A DNA stretch of 64,000 bases. Origin: a virus. Every line of letters starts with the position of its first letter. The first letter of the stretch is position 1. The stretch spans positions 60,348-124,347 of IMG/VR virus record IMGVR_UViG_3300020180_000010. The stretch is one strand, 5' to 3'. Shown one piece after another: positions 10,901 through 21,200 of the stretch. The notes beneath the pieces were generated by a model, which did no database searches, had not been told where the DNA came from, and worked only from the letters and a program-made list of their open reading frames with translations. The translations under genes were made by a program, and so were the position numbers.

Positions 10901-11716
10901 GACTTTTCCGCCCTGACCTTCTGATATGATGGTAAAGGATCCGTCATCATTCTGAAATACTTGTGTTCCGTCACGAATCATCAGGCTGTCGCCTGGCTCG
11001 ATTACCAAGGCATCCAGAACATCTGTATCCGAGAGAACAAGATTACGGTATCCGAGAGCCGTTCCGACATTGGAGCCGCTGAAGATCGCCAGGACTCGAT
11101 TTCTGAAAGAAGTATCGTCTTCTTGATTCGCTCCACCAGAGAATGGATTTATATTCGTGACATTCGAAATCCCTGCGATGTTGGTTCGGCTGATACCAAA
11201 TTTAGATATGTTACCGATTATGCCGGGAGTCGTGGCGATGACCGGCACTTCAACCGCATACAAATCTGATATTCCGAGGAAATCAAGTTCGTTTCGATAT
11301 CTCGTGGCAACGGCTTTATATAGATTTGATTGAGAAGGATTGATAGAAATGCCGGTTTGAGTTGCGAAGGATATTCCGCTGCTGGAAAAAACAAGCGATC
11401 CACGGCCCACTCCGATGGTCGCGGGGATGCTGGCGAAAGTCAAAAGCGCCACACCACTACTGGTTGTGGATGATTTTCTCGATACTCCAAAGTTTTGAGA
11501 TAAGAAATCAAGGTCACTGCCAGAAACCAGTCTTATGGATTGTTGATCTGAAATTTTAGAAATTTCATCATACAATAGAGAAAGCTGTCCAGCAGGGGAT
11601 TCAATAAATAAATCTCTCGCGACTGTACCGGGCTTGACATCAAGATTGGGCTGGCGTGATCGATAAAAATCAATCAAATTTAGTATTATTTCATCTGCAT
11701 ATCTGATCGTTACCAC
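7913..11716 (-). CDS. Baseplate J-like wedge protein (P2 gpJ/T4 gp6 family) with large internal insertion
   Basis: 1267 aa. N-terminal PGTVARDL, DLDFLSQNFGVSRK, VTNINPFSGGANQEDDTSFRNR, GKVDIII and C-terminal DMVNVAGAVDGVDRV are typical baseplate J motifs. Confidence 0.9.
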   Translation of the reverse strand: MVTIRYADEIILNLIDFYRSRQPNLDVKPGTVARDLFIESPAGQLSLLYDEISKISDQQSIRLVSGSDLDFLSQNFGVSRKSSTTSSGVALLTFASIPATIGVGRGSLVFSSSGISFATQTGISINPSQSNLYKAVATRYRNELDFLGISDLYAVEVPVIATTPGIIGNISKFGISRTNIAGISNVTNINPFSGGANQEDDTSFRNRVLAIFSGSNVGTALGYRNLVLSDTDVLDALVIEPGDSLMIRDGTQVFQNDDGSFTIISEGQGGKVDIIILGTRLAEQVDSFIYRDASNRGDPTDIKNNFVLGQIVGDENKTVNRKRIDNIAAKTLPAQPAQQIVEVTGSLSGSNFKEKTIDSLGRVQGNYELIKDTGVYSGSPWGFDKFVWISDKISDLPEDRVKGKYNGQDNVTFTDVLTIPALQQNLLITNENSTVLTTDRSVITLLHTPCTGVTRVFNVTTGERYTVTNQNLNGTGTINTLGRIQISGNTLPSPSDILQVDYTWIVQYDPYVDYDGRFTRTNPRTVQDSVDWGFSNAVRDESVVFTKNTSGTFYSGTAIHPITSVISVNAFSSGTSTVTVATSGVYLGKLVVILTGLLMPLETVSSVKIFNTSKELYQTSQNDGSVQSTKVVTGFGIFYDVTVVLPTDTSAQAGQTVQVTYGVQDIFIVNGLTGNLNNNLITIPVQNYPSGPNVFTAKVNYIAEISDLFSFRLNELPAIRKGNGYDHNQVTVRNRSNPACLIESQHAKIALSSGGQYYLKLDLSSAEYELIASNVVSAAKLDGTELWNGAGTVSTDTDLNYILNLSQVGLTVDESVMVTYQVRDLSRFQPSTFACNVISKEIADVTLAPSGKFILTGLTIPSNIDLNQIFVMNLADASELSDPNITVVGNILTFSDAVQETLIGNEKVLVVYFSTASLKQSVTRLAVSLSDQINNEGVVTFTGTTITKAKDIIFTINDSGLVQDLGEALRTALSLTSNDTLSSRYGIVRVVKMERVEVIGAEVTDVLTSYDVLGNQLRTALYYSNESITDQTLGGLKVRLPATTNNLNNLPNIGDKVRVTFYYMDPNDHEDLFFTRNGTVYGNKYFAQINKVAVSSGFTTISNALLTVSQTNQPAINSRYLITYNYTAPKLNERILVRYNYNRLIGDTTLTLETNRPINSDVLIKQASEIKINVTLAIVLKSEFNNAGTTVTQNVRDRLIVAINTNKLNDILDASDMVNVAGAVDGVDRVRVTAFNQEGKTGQVLSITAQRNQYFVANNVSVVLEGR

Positions 11717-11727
11717 TTAGACTCCCA

Positions 11728-12162
11728 TCATAAAAATCCAGATACAGTAAATGATGTCTGTACTTTATTGTAAGTTCTATCCAGAACAGTTATCTTGACT
11801 ATAAATAATCTAGGATCGGTATCGTTTCTCTGAACAAGTATTCCGACGATCGCTGCTAATTGTTCTTCCGCAGATAATTTTTGGAAGCTTTCAAGTTGAA
11901 TTCCTTGAAGTGCCTGAAGCGTCGTTATGGATGTCCTTAATTGATTTTCGGCCGCATCCGTTATGATGGCGGTATCGAGATGAGATCCGATTAGAGTTTT
12001 GGATATAAAAGAACCGTACCATGGATTAAAAACGTTTGAACCGGCTGGTGTAATGGCTATTTTTAATATATCTTGAATCAGCTTATCTTTATCCTGAACC
12101 GTCTCTAATTGACCGTTCAGAATGCTGATATCTCCATTTTTTAGCTTCAAATCAAACGACAT
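11728..12162 (-). CDS. gp25-like baseplate wedge/sheath initiator
   Basis: 144 aa. KLIQDILKIAITPAGSNVFNPWYGS and DPRLFIVKITV motifs; immediately upstream of the J-like gene. Confidence 0.85.
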   Translation of the reverse strand: MSFDLKLKNGDISILNGQLETVQDKDKLIQDILKIAITPAGSNVFNPWYGSFISKTLIGSHLDTAIITDAAENQLRTSITTLQALQGIQLESFQKLSAEEQLAAIVGILVQRNDTDPRLFIVKITVLDRTYNKVQTSFTVSGFL

Positions 12163-12212
12163 AACTCTCCATCACAAGCTATACCGGATTATCAGCCGGA
12201 ATAATGATCGAA

Positions 12213-13820
12213 TCAGGAATTTGTCGTCTTGCCTTTATAAATAGCATCAATTATAGTAAATATTCGTCTAACTTGGGTTTCGTATCCCGTCAGGACTGCC
12301 AAAGACCCGAGTGTTCTGGATCCTTTTGATTTTCTATCTTTTACCTTCTCGGATTGAAGCTCAGGATTCTTATACATACGTTCGAACGCTGCATCATCCA
12401 GCATATCCAGCAATATAGCGTGATCAACTGTCCATAAAGCAATGTAAGTTGTCAACATATCAAGTAGTCCGAACCCTGTATCATCACCCATGATCATCGC
12501 GATATTAAATAATGCTGATTCTGACTTTCTTGCAAAATCATTTCTTCTATTCGTAATATTGGTTATTTTTTGCTCATAAACCGTTGGTACGTTTGGCCCA
12601 AAACTTCCCAGCGCCACCTCATCAATTGCCGAAAATACCGTACCACCGATTTGTTTTTTAAATATTTCAAACTCCGTATCGGCAATCAATTTCTCTTTTG
12701 TCAATCTACTTATTTCAAGCTCATCCGGCGTAAGTGTAGCGCTGGATGTATCAAGATCATACGAACTGATGCCTGCGGTGATTCCTTTGGCGGATGGTTT
12801 TGGTTTCCACGTAATATTACTTGTAGTACGGCTCAATTCTCTCTGAGATTCAAAAAGCTGATCCGTAACGGTTTTTAGTAAAACAAAAAGATTCTGTACA
12901 ATAAAAACTTCAGACCTGTATAGCTTCGACGCTCCTCCCAAAAGATCCATTAATCTTTGGCTTGTAAATCTTTCATCTTTTTTAATTTGATCAATAGATT
13001 TTTGTAAATCTTTAAAATCAACGTTTTTATTCGCTACATTGAATCTAACTCTACAAACCTTCTCGATCATAGGTCTGGAAAAGGTTGTATCGCGATTAAG
13101 TATTCTTTCTTTGTCTGTTAGGAATGGTGTTCCGATTTTATTAATCGCCGGAAGAACCGTCAGATCGATCCTCGGATCAACAATGAACGGTTTAATGATA
13201 TGCTGAATAGCTTTTAATGATTTGAGATCGCTGCCACTAAACTGAGCCGTTGGATAGAGTTGTTTGACATTCTCTCTAACCGTATATTCTTTTGTTTGAG
13301 CTTCACCTTCATCTAATGGGGATGATTCGTTGCCTTCTTTCATCATAGACAATTCTCTTGAGAATTGAACAGAATAGGCCAGTGCGGAGCTTATATCGTT
13401 TTCTTTTGCATAGATGGCGAGTCTTGATTTTGACCATGTTTCTCTAGCATCGAGAAGTTTTAACGTTCCTTCAGATAATCCCGCGGCTACTTGGTATCTT
13501 TTATTTCTCAGATCTTCACTAAGGTTTAGATTAGGATCGAATCCAGGATTGTAAGAACCAAGATCTGAACAGATTGGCAAACCAAGTAATCTATAAAAGG
13601 TATTGCAGTAACTTTCTTGCGGTTCACGATTAATCAATCCAGCATGCGTGATCGATTCTATAGCTTTTTCTTCGAATTTAAATTTTGATTGTTCTGGAGT
13701 ATTGTAACGACTTCTATAGCGCTCAATTTCAGACGCGAAACTGTCGTATATTTTAGTGATATCCTGTTTAACATACTGAGTGTCAAAAAAAGAATTCTGA
13801 TTATAAATATTATCCGGCAC
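12213..13820 (-). CDS. Hypothetical baseplate-region protein
   Basis: 535-aa ORF, largely helical-looking, co-oriented in the baseplate cluster; no recognised motif. Confidence 0.7.
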   Translation of the reverse strand: MPDNIYNQNSFFDTQYVKQDITKIYDSFASEIERYRSRYNTPEQSKFKFEEKAIESITHAGLINREPQESYCNTFYRLLGLPICSDLGSYNPGFDPNLNLSEDLRNKRYQVAAGLSEGTLKLLDARETWSKSRLAIYAKENDISSALAYSVQFSRELSMMKEGNESSPLDEGEAQTKEYTVRENVKQLYPTAQFSGSDLKSLKAIQHIIKPFIVDPRIDLTVLPAINKIGTPFLTDKERILNRDTTFSRPMIEKVCRVRFNVANKNVDFKDLQKSIDQIKKDERFTSQRLMDLLGGASKLYRSEVFIVQNLFVLLKTVTDQLFESQRELSRTTSNITWKPKPSAKGITAGISSYDLDTSSATLTPDELEISRLTKEKLIADTEFEIFKKQIGGTVFSAIDEVALGSFGPNVPTVYEQKITNITNRRNDFARKSESALFNIAMIMGDDTGFGLLDMLTTYIALWTVDHAILLDMLDDAAFERMYKNPELQSEKVKDRKSKGSRTLGSLAVLTGYETQVRRIFTIIDAIYKGKTTNS

Positions 13821-14043
13821 GTTTCACTCCTATGAGTGCCAATTCCTGCTCAATGGTCGTCATGACGGGATTCAGAACAAAATAAGCCGTGATCCAACGT
13901 TGCTCTGATCCTGACATACTCCACCATAACCTATCCAGATCGTCTAATAATAAAGCCGATTCCAACGTATCGTAATTCTTGGTTTCGAATTCTTCTTGCC
14001 TCGCCAGATACAACTGAACCGCTGGAGTTATGAGTCCACTCAT
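13810..14043 (-). CDS. Small hypothetical protein
   Basis: 77 aa; start overlaps the upstream stop (ATGA) and fills the gap between two larger genes. Confidence 0.55.
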   Translation of the reverse strand: MSGLITPAVQLYLARQEEFETKNYDTLESALLLDDLDRLWWSMSGSEQRWITAYFVLNPVMTTIEQELALIGVKRAG

Positions 14044-16172
14044 GACGACTCTCCCGCACCGGTATCGTTTGCCGTATCGGTGGCGTCGCGACGGACCTTC
14101 GTCGTGTCGTCGAGCGTTCCAGAACCGGTGCTGGTAGCGATGGGGGCCGTGATGAACGTGTAATCAAGTTGCTGAATCCCAACGCTCGCCTGAACAGTCA
14201 AATCAATTGGTAAACTTATATTCTGGAAATAATTATTATTATACTGAACCCTAATCGTTCCGACTCCGCCTACATCGCTACTGATTTCTGCTGTAAACGC
14301 TTCCGAACCATCGTAACTAAATGGAGTGATGGATCCGAAAGTAATTTCAGGCTTGAAATTCGCAGCTAACTGTGCTCCCACATCCGGAGGCAACCCTGCA
14401 CCCAAACTTGCAGAATTCTGATCCTTCAATAAGGCTTTAACTTTTATGGTTTTGGTGGTGAATTGAGATGCCGGATCCACGGTAAAGCTACTTTTGGTAT
14501 TCGATACGCCTATATTTACAAATTGATTCAATGCAGCTTTTGAGTCATCCAGCATTACATTGAGGCACCCGATCACTTCGGACTGGAAATCAGCTGTCGT
14601 GGCGAGAGTCATGTTGGTTCGGTATCTGGCAAGTGCCGAATCCACACATATTTTAGCAGCGGCAGGATCCGGAAGCGGAACGGCTCTCAACCGGTCAGGA
14701 TTGAGCCCTGTAAAGGTTGCATTTGCGAGCTGGCGATCCGCCGCGACTGCTGGCAAGCAACCAATCGTAATAAGTGTCTCACCCGCTAGTACATAATGAT
14801 TTACTCTTACAGTATAACTGATATCGCTTATCGTGACACCATCATCAGCAGGTGTACTGGCGATCGTAATATCCTTATGAAGCATTGTATTGAGACTGCC
14901 CTGCACGCCTTCTACCAAAATATGTGTCTTCTCATCATCTTCAAATGCTGAGCCACCGACCAGACTCAAAGCTCCGTTAAAAGGCTGAGCTGGAAAATTT
15001 GCCCAATTCAACAGCGCAAGAGTAGGTGTGCGATCAATAATACAATCTTTCATTCTGATGTATCTGGGAACCCCTGTTCCTCCGAATGGAGTCGGATCGT
15101 ATAGGAAACGTAAATCAACTACATAAGGAGCTTTTGTGGGGAATGTATCTTTCGTGTATACTTTTCCTTGTGGGAAAAATATAAATCCCAATAATGGATT
15201 CACATCTACCGGGAATGTAATGTTGAAAAACATCTCCGTCCCGACAAGAGTCGAATCATAAAACTGCCAGCTTTCTCTCCTGACCTGTCCCAAAGAAGCA
15301 AAGAGCGTCTTGAAAACTTCCGGAATTCCTGAAATGGCCGATGCATCCGGCCCGACTTGACTCAGATAAAGAAGATTTCCAGTGTTTTCTCTGGTATACG
15401 GAGCAGATTTGATGAAAGCCGGACAGACCTCTACAGTACAGCATCCCGTATCATCCTGAGCAGAATCATCACACGGAGGAATTCCGAAGACCAATAGAAG
15501 AATTGCTTTGATCACTTGGATCAGAACATCCAAAACGCCCAACACGGCAAATATGTTCTGCATAAAACATAAAAGATGTCCGAGCTTTCTCAGAATAATC
15601 AGTGCTGATTGAGAATCTCGTTTAGCAAAAATCTTACCCAGCAGGACAATATTTTTTATTAATTGATTAACGATTCTAGTTACTTCAGAAATGATATACG
15701 CGATCAGCGCTACGATCAGCAGGATCAATGAAATGATCATGATGATGATGGCAATGATCGGAAACATCGCAAGAAAATCCGGAATGCATACCCGGAACAA
15801 TTTCTGCATTTTCCCACCCAATTTGATCGGATTGGGAATGGCACAGAGAATTTCGATCATGCATAAAATAATGCCGATCGAAGGAAGTCCGAATTTATAT
15901 ATAGAAATGAATCCGCTAAAATCATTCAGCAGCTTCATTATCGGGTCAATATTGACCCGATCAATGCTTGGATTTATGCTTGGTTTGAATAAACCTGGAG
16001 GAAGTCTTAGATTAAAATTATCAAACAGAGCCTGAAGATTTTCAGGAAATTTATTAATAAAACCGAGATTCGGAATATCAGTTAGTTGACCGTTGGCACT
16101 TCCGAAGCCCGGAACCGGTTGCGGTGTAAACTCCGGAGGTGTAACTAGATTGTCAGAAATATTACAAGGCAC
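14040..16172 (-). CDS. Baseplate-cluster protein with long hydrophobic helices and C-terminal Ig-like region
   Basis: 710 aa. FLAMFPIIAIIIMIISLILLIVALIAYII plus further hydrophobic segments, a Cys cluster PPCDD..GCCTVEVCP, and a beta-rich C-terminus. Confidence 0.7.
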   Translation of the reverse strand: MPCNISDNLVTPPEFTPQPVPGFGSANGQLTDIPNLGFINKFPENLQALFDNFNLRLPPGLFKPSINPSIDRVNIDPIMKLLNDFSGFISIYKFGLPSIGIILCMIEILCAIPNPIKLGGKMQKLFRVCIPDFLAMFPIIAIIIMIISLILLIVALIAYIISEVTRIVNQLIKNIVLLGKIFAKRDSQSALIILRKLGHLLCFMQNIFAVLGVLDVLIQVIKAILLLVFGIPPCDDSAQDDTGCCTVEVCPAFIKSAPYTRENTGNLLYLSQVGPDASAISGIPEVFKTLFASLGQVRRESWQFYDSTLVGTEMFFNITFPVDVNPLLGFIFFPQGKVYTKDTFPTKAPYVVDLRFLYDPTPFGGTGVPRYIRMKDCIIDRTPTLALLNWANFPAQPFNGALSLVGGSAFEDDEKTHILVEGVQGSLNTMLHKDITIASTPADDGVTISDISYTVRVNHYVLAGETLITIGCLPAVAADRQLANATFTGLNPDRLRAVPLPDPAAAKICVDSALARYRTNMTLATTADFQSEVIGCLNVMLDDSKAALNQFVNIGVSNTKSSFTVDPASQFTTKTIKVKALLKDQNSASLGAGLPPDVGAQLAANFKPEITFGSITPFSYDGSEAFTAEISSDVGGVGTIRVQYNNNYFQNISLPIDLTVQASVGIQQLDYTFITAPIATSTGSGTLDDTTKVRRDATDTANDTGAGESS

Positions 16173-16187
16173 GACTCTTTATATATC

Positions 16188-18239
16188 CTACATTATAGAT
16201 TTACTATTGCGCAGTACCGTTCTGGATGCATCAGGATCATTAGAATACATATTGATCTCTTCGGCATCCAGATCAATCTTCATGGCTTTTAATAAAAGCG
16301 TTCTGCTGGAAATAAGTTTTATATTCTGTGGTGACATTACCGTGACACCATCATTATCTATTCTAACTACCGTTACTTCACCAGTATCCCGGAATACCCT
16401 GATATCAACGGCACCTGGACGCCAAGCCATGTTTTTTAGCTGAAATCTTGAGTCTTTGGTCTGCCCGTCACATAAACCGATTGCTCCACTATCGCACCCT
16501 CCTACCTGAATCAACAGATCTCCAGATAAAGATAGCCCCATGCTTACATTATTAAGGTCTCTACCTACGTTACCTATGATAGATCCATGAGTATCCAACC
16601 AAAATGATTGTTTATCTACGGTATTGGATCCGATATTCATTTCAATCATTCCATCAAAATTAATACTTCCGGATCTACCCCCAGCATTTGCATCGGGACC
16701 AGAAATATTAATTTCTTTTGATACGAATGATTTTGGAAATTTTTTATTTTCAATTCCTGATTGTTTCGGATCCAGTTCATATGCAAAAGGTTCTGGTGTG
16801 CTGAAAGCAGTAAAGCAAGAAGTTATGTCGTGGTAAGCTGTGCCGTGTAGGATTGTTTTATCAGTAAATCTATCTTGCGGGGTAAAAAGAGCAGAAGTAT
16901 TGGCCGGGTCTTTTATCTCGATTGCTCCGGAACCGAATGCAAATGTCTCGATCGCAATATCTCTCCTGAGTCCTTTATTCTCAGGTGTCTGATTATCAAA
17001 TGAAAAGTTATTCGGAGTATCTTTTCCATTTACAGTAGAACGGTTCTCGTACCTTGTAAGCAGTGGTATGTTGCCGGTTTCGCTGCTCGCCGGAACATTT
17101 ATTTTAAATTGTCCTTCTTTATCGATATCTATAAAAAATCTACTTCTGAGTCTTGCAAAATCATCTTTATTATTAACTTCGGGAACCGGGACCACGGCGA
17201 TCGGATCGATCTGAAGTTTTCCGTCTTTTAATTTTTTAACCGGACCTTTCCTAGCATTTATTTCAAAATGATAAGCTAAACTTTTACGTTCTATGGCACG
17301 GATTCGTTGAAAAGCATTAAGTTTATCATTATTGGTACGGAATGAATAATTTTTTTCTTTACCCGCCGGAATAACATTTCGATTAAGATCCAGTAGATTG
17401 CCATAAATATCAACAACCGTTCCCTTGACCGTTTCCATCAAATAATTAGGAGCCGCGAGAGTCAATCCTAAAAGATCTGTCCGGGCTTCTCTACGGTTGT
17501 ATTTCAGTGGAGTGGTGTTGATTTTATTTCTAGTATATCTGGACGCTTCGGCTGGATCAGATTCGTATCCGAAACTATGTGCGAATTCATAAACCATCTC
17601 TCTCTTTTCAATAAAAGGGAGATTCCGGGCAATGCTGCTTGAATTCTGATCGTTCTGATCAATCGTCAGGGCATCAAATGGAGTCGATGGATCGAAACAA
17701 ATCGGCACTAACGAATCATCATATTCATGCGATTCTCTCCTCGATACATTGCTTTCGGTATCTCTAGGATTAAGATCTCGCTTTACAATTCCTTCAATAT
17801 TTATACTGGCTTCCGATACAGAGAATTTTTCATTAATATTACTAGAAAGTATATTACGATTCGGATCAATCCTTAATTGTGTATAATCGTTTCCGATTGA
17901 AATATATTGATCCGGATCAAGGTTTATTTTTGTTCCGGAATCGCTCTGGATCAGAAGTGAGTTGCCAGAAATATTTAATGATTGGTAAAGATTGCTTTTA
18001 ACAATTTGGTTTATTAAGAAATATTCTCCACCTTCGGCTTGTTGAACCGTAACAGGAGTTCCGGGTTGAGGAGAACCTCCGATAAAGTGGCCCTGTTCTC
18101 CAAAATAGCCCGGAAGATACGGAACATTAACTTTTCCTTCTCCATTCAGGAGAGAAACGGATAGCTTTCCATCGGGTCCGAGTCTCGATTCAACCTGACC
18201 TCTCTGGAGAGTCCCGGGTATTTTATTAAATGGTTTCAT
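16188..18239 (-). CDS. Probable baseplate central spike (gp5/gpV-like)
   Basis: 683 aa, follows the hub gene. N-terminal OB-fold-like segment (GGSPQPGTPVTV) and C-terminal short beta-repeats (VRIDNDGVTVMSPQNIKLIS...KIDLDAEEINM). Confidence 0.6.
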   Translation of the reverse strand: MKPFNKIPGTLQRGQVESRLGPDGKLSVSLLNGEGKVNVPYLPGYFGEQGHFIGGSPQPGTPVTVQQAEGGEYFLINQIVKSNLYQSLNISGNSLLIQSDSGTKINLDPDQYISIGNDYTQLRIDPNRNILSSNINEKFSVSEASINIEGIVKRDLNPRDTESNVSRRESHEYDDSLVPICFDPSTPFDALTIDQNDQNSSSIARNLPFIEKREMVYEFAHSFGYESDPAEASRYTRNKINTTPLKYNRREARTDLLGLTLAAPNYLMETVKGTVVDIYGNLLDLNRNVIPAGKEKNYSFRTNNDKLNAFQRIRAIERKSLAYHFEINARKGPVKKLKDGKLQIDPIAVVPVPEVNNKDDFARLRSRFFIDIDKEGQFKINVPASSETGNIPLLTRYENRSTVNGKDTPNNFSFDNQTPENKGLRRDIAIETFAFGSGAIEIKDPANTSALFTPQDRFTDKTILHGTAYHDITSCFTAFSTPEPFAYELDPKQSGIENKKFPKSFVSKEINISGPDANAGGRSGSINFDGMIEMNIGSNTVDKQSFWLDTHGSIIGNVGRDLNNVSMGLSLSGDLLIQVGGCDSGAIGLCDGQTKDSRFQLKNMAWRPGAVDIRVFRDTGEVTVVRIDNDGVTVMSPQNIKLISSRTLLLKAMKIDLDAEEINMYSNDPDASRTVLRNSKSIM

Positions 18240-21200
18240 TTATTCGCTAACCAGCCAGATATCTATAACAGAACTTGCAAGTATTTTCTCTCTCTTTATT
18301 CCGTCTGATGAGGCTCCGGAGGATGCTGATGAATTATTGTTAAGATTGTTTACGGCATCCCACGCAAAAGATGATGGTTGTCTGGGTTCAGATTCTTTTC
18401 CACGATCTATTTCTTCTATCGTTACTAATTCTTTCGGCAATGGTAAAAACACGGAATCATCCGCGAGCGCGGGCGCGGGAGGATCACTGCTGCCGAAAGC
18501 TGCCGTGGCTTTTTTAGAATTTTCCGCGGTAAGGAACTTCTTAACAAATTCAGCAGCTTCTTTTAATTCAGGTGTTACGGTGTTGATTCCTTTTTTGCTA
18601 TTGAAGAATATTCTGATCTGAACTGTCGGAAGAACCTTGTCTGAATTTGGTGTCATGAAAGAGAAAATGCTCCTTCCGATATTCAACAATATATTTTTGT
18701 TTTTGGATCCGTACGGATCCGCTGCAATTTGATCCCCGCCAGATTCGCCTGTTGCTCCGCTGGCCCCTGCTGCTCCGCTGGCCGCTGACTTCAAGACCGA
18801 CCCACCCACGGGAGCCAAGATAATCGTTCCTAACTTCTGATCCCCTGAGTCCGGCCCCTTATAGACAGTCTGATTAACTTGATCTCTGTTTCGATACAGA
18901 ACCTTACCAATAACATCGAACGATGTTGGGATGTATTCTCCCAAACCATGTCCGTGCGACATATTGATGGTCGTTTTGAAAACACTTCCATAAGTAAAAA
19001 TATGACTTACTGATTGTACGTAAAATAATATATTTCTTGGTTCAAAATATACAACTTCACCAGGCTGTTGGAATTCATTTCCTACCAATGTTGCGGATCC
19101 GGTAAATATTTTACCTCTTTCACGATTCAGCAATGATACCGCGTACGGCGCACATTGAGTATCGGGATCGCTAAAAAACGGAACCGTAACGGCTTGAGTA
19201 CCTTTGAGTCCGTACATTCTCCAAAGATCATAATCCACAGCATATGCGCTCGTGAGAGCGTTTCCTCCGCTCTTGCTAAGACTCAAATCTCCCGGAGCGT
19301 CCGCGAATCCTTCCGCGAACAACCCGTCTACCCTGACCATATTAAAACCAGGTGATTTTTCATTAAAATCATATGAAATTATGTTTCGGTTCCGTATAAC
19401 GTACCTTGAACCGGATCCAAATCCATAATCATCATAGGATTCATCCTCGATCATATTTTCTAATATTTCCGGAACATCTTTTTTGGTGAAAAGATTCTGG
19501 AACGTAACCTTATTCGACTCTCCGCCGGAAGTTGTAGTTTCGTACGTATCCTTCATACTTTTAACGGCACTCGCGGCAGACTTGACAAGATTCTGCCTCC
19601 TACCGATCAGTCCCGCAATTTCTTTGGTTATTTTGAAGACATCAATGGCACTGGTGGTTTTTAGTTTATCAGTATTGACCAGTAAGCTTTTCAACTGAAC
19701 CGGAGCTACACCTGTTTTTGATGTTAACCGATTAACAATCGCATCTGAACGATCTTGTAACTTATCAGAAGATGTGATGAATGTATTAATATTACTGACT
19801 GATGTTTGAGATACAAGACTTACTCGTTTTTGAATATTAAATACAGATCCGGTATTTTTTGCCTGACGTTCCAACGAACTAGATAAATCACCTAAGTTTC
19901 TAACTAATTCAGAAGAATCCGATACCTTTGTTTTATCGTCGGGATCTTTTTCATTAAAAATAGCTTCCAATGAAGCGATTTTTCCATCCTGGGCTGATAC
20001 GAAAGTAAATGTACCTCCGCCTATATTTATTAATGCCGTGACTTCATCATCAGACGCTTTTCCGAGCGCCAATGCATAATACCTGATCTCATCTTCAACA
20101 ACTTCTATATTTTCAACAAGACTCTTTACTTGATTTTTAAACAGGTCTTCTAGAAACGATGGAAACAGCTGGATTCCCAATTGCTCCTTCATCTGAAACA
20201 TTTTGTAGAATACGCTCTGTGGAACACGGTTGTATTGAGGAGGACGGATCTGAATATGACCCTGTGAGTCACAAAATACTTCCAAATCCAAAATCCCCGC
20301 AACATTGTTAATCTGTTCTCCTACATATGAATAATCGCTAGAAAAATCATTCATATTTCCTGTTACGGATTTACTAAAAGCTTGAAAATCATAGTCTTTA
20401 TCATACGAGTCATCTACAATCAATAGATTCGAATCATCATTGGATTTGACACGATACATCAATCGACGTGTCAAATAATTAAGCTTTCTTCTTAATTCTT
20501 TCCTCAGACGTGATTGTTCAGTAAGGGTAGATTTACCCGTGTCCATCAGACCGCCAACTTCAAACGAAATATCATCACCCTGTATACTGAGGAATTTTTC
20601 CCCTGAATTCATGGCTTGATTGACTGCTTTTTGCTTTTCACCGATCTGTTCATCTAACTCTTTTATTCTTACTTTGAATACAAGGGTACTGTCTTGTTGA
20701 GCCGTACCGTCTTGCCCCGACGAAACTCCTCCAGACGTAACCATAGATAAACGATCGAATAGAATTGCTCGTTCTCTCAGAAGAGATTCTAATTGGCTAG
20801 AATCATTCAAGAGATCTGTTTGGGTACGTATAGCCAGAGCTGTTTGGGATTCAGGTATGCTGAGACGTTTGAATGGAATGTAATTTCCATAAAGACGATT
20901 GTTTTTCTTTAAATTATTAAGAAGACCTCTATAATACGAGGCATCGACAGTTTGTTCTGTTTTGTACGAATCAAACTGAATAGCATTTTTATAAAACGTA
21001 GCAAAATTATAAGGCTCTCCAGTTAATAATAAAGACAGGACATTCATCACGTCTTGTCCGGCAAATGCATCGCTAGTGGTTCTCGTGATAACAGTTTCAA
21101 CAATGGATGCACTTGGATTGAATGTATTTTTTGTTTGAGTAAGAGTGGCGATGCCTGATTTCCAACGATATACCATTCCAGATGGCGCGTAATATATTTG

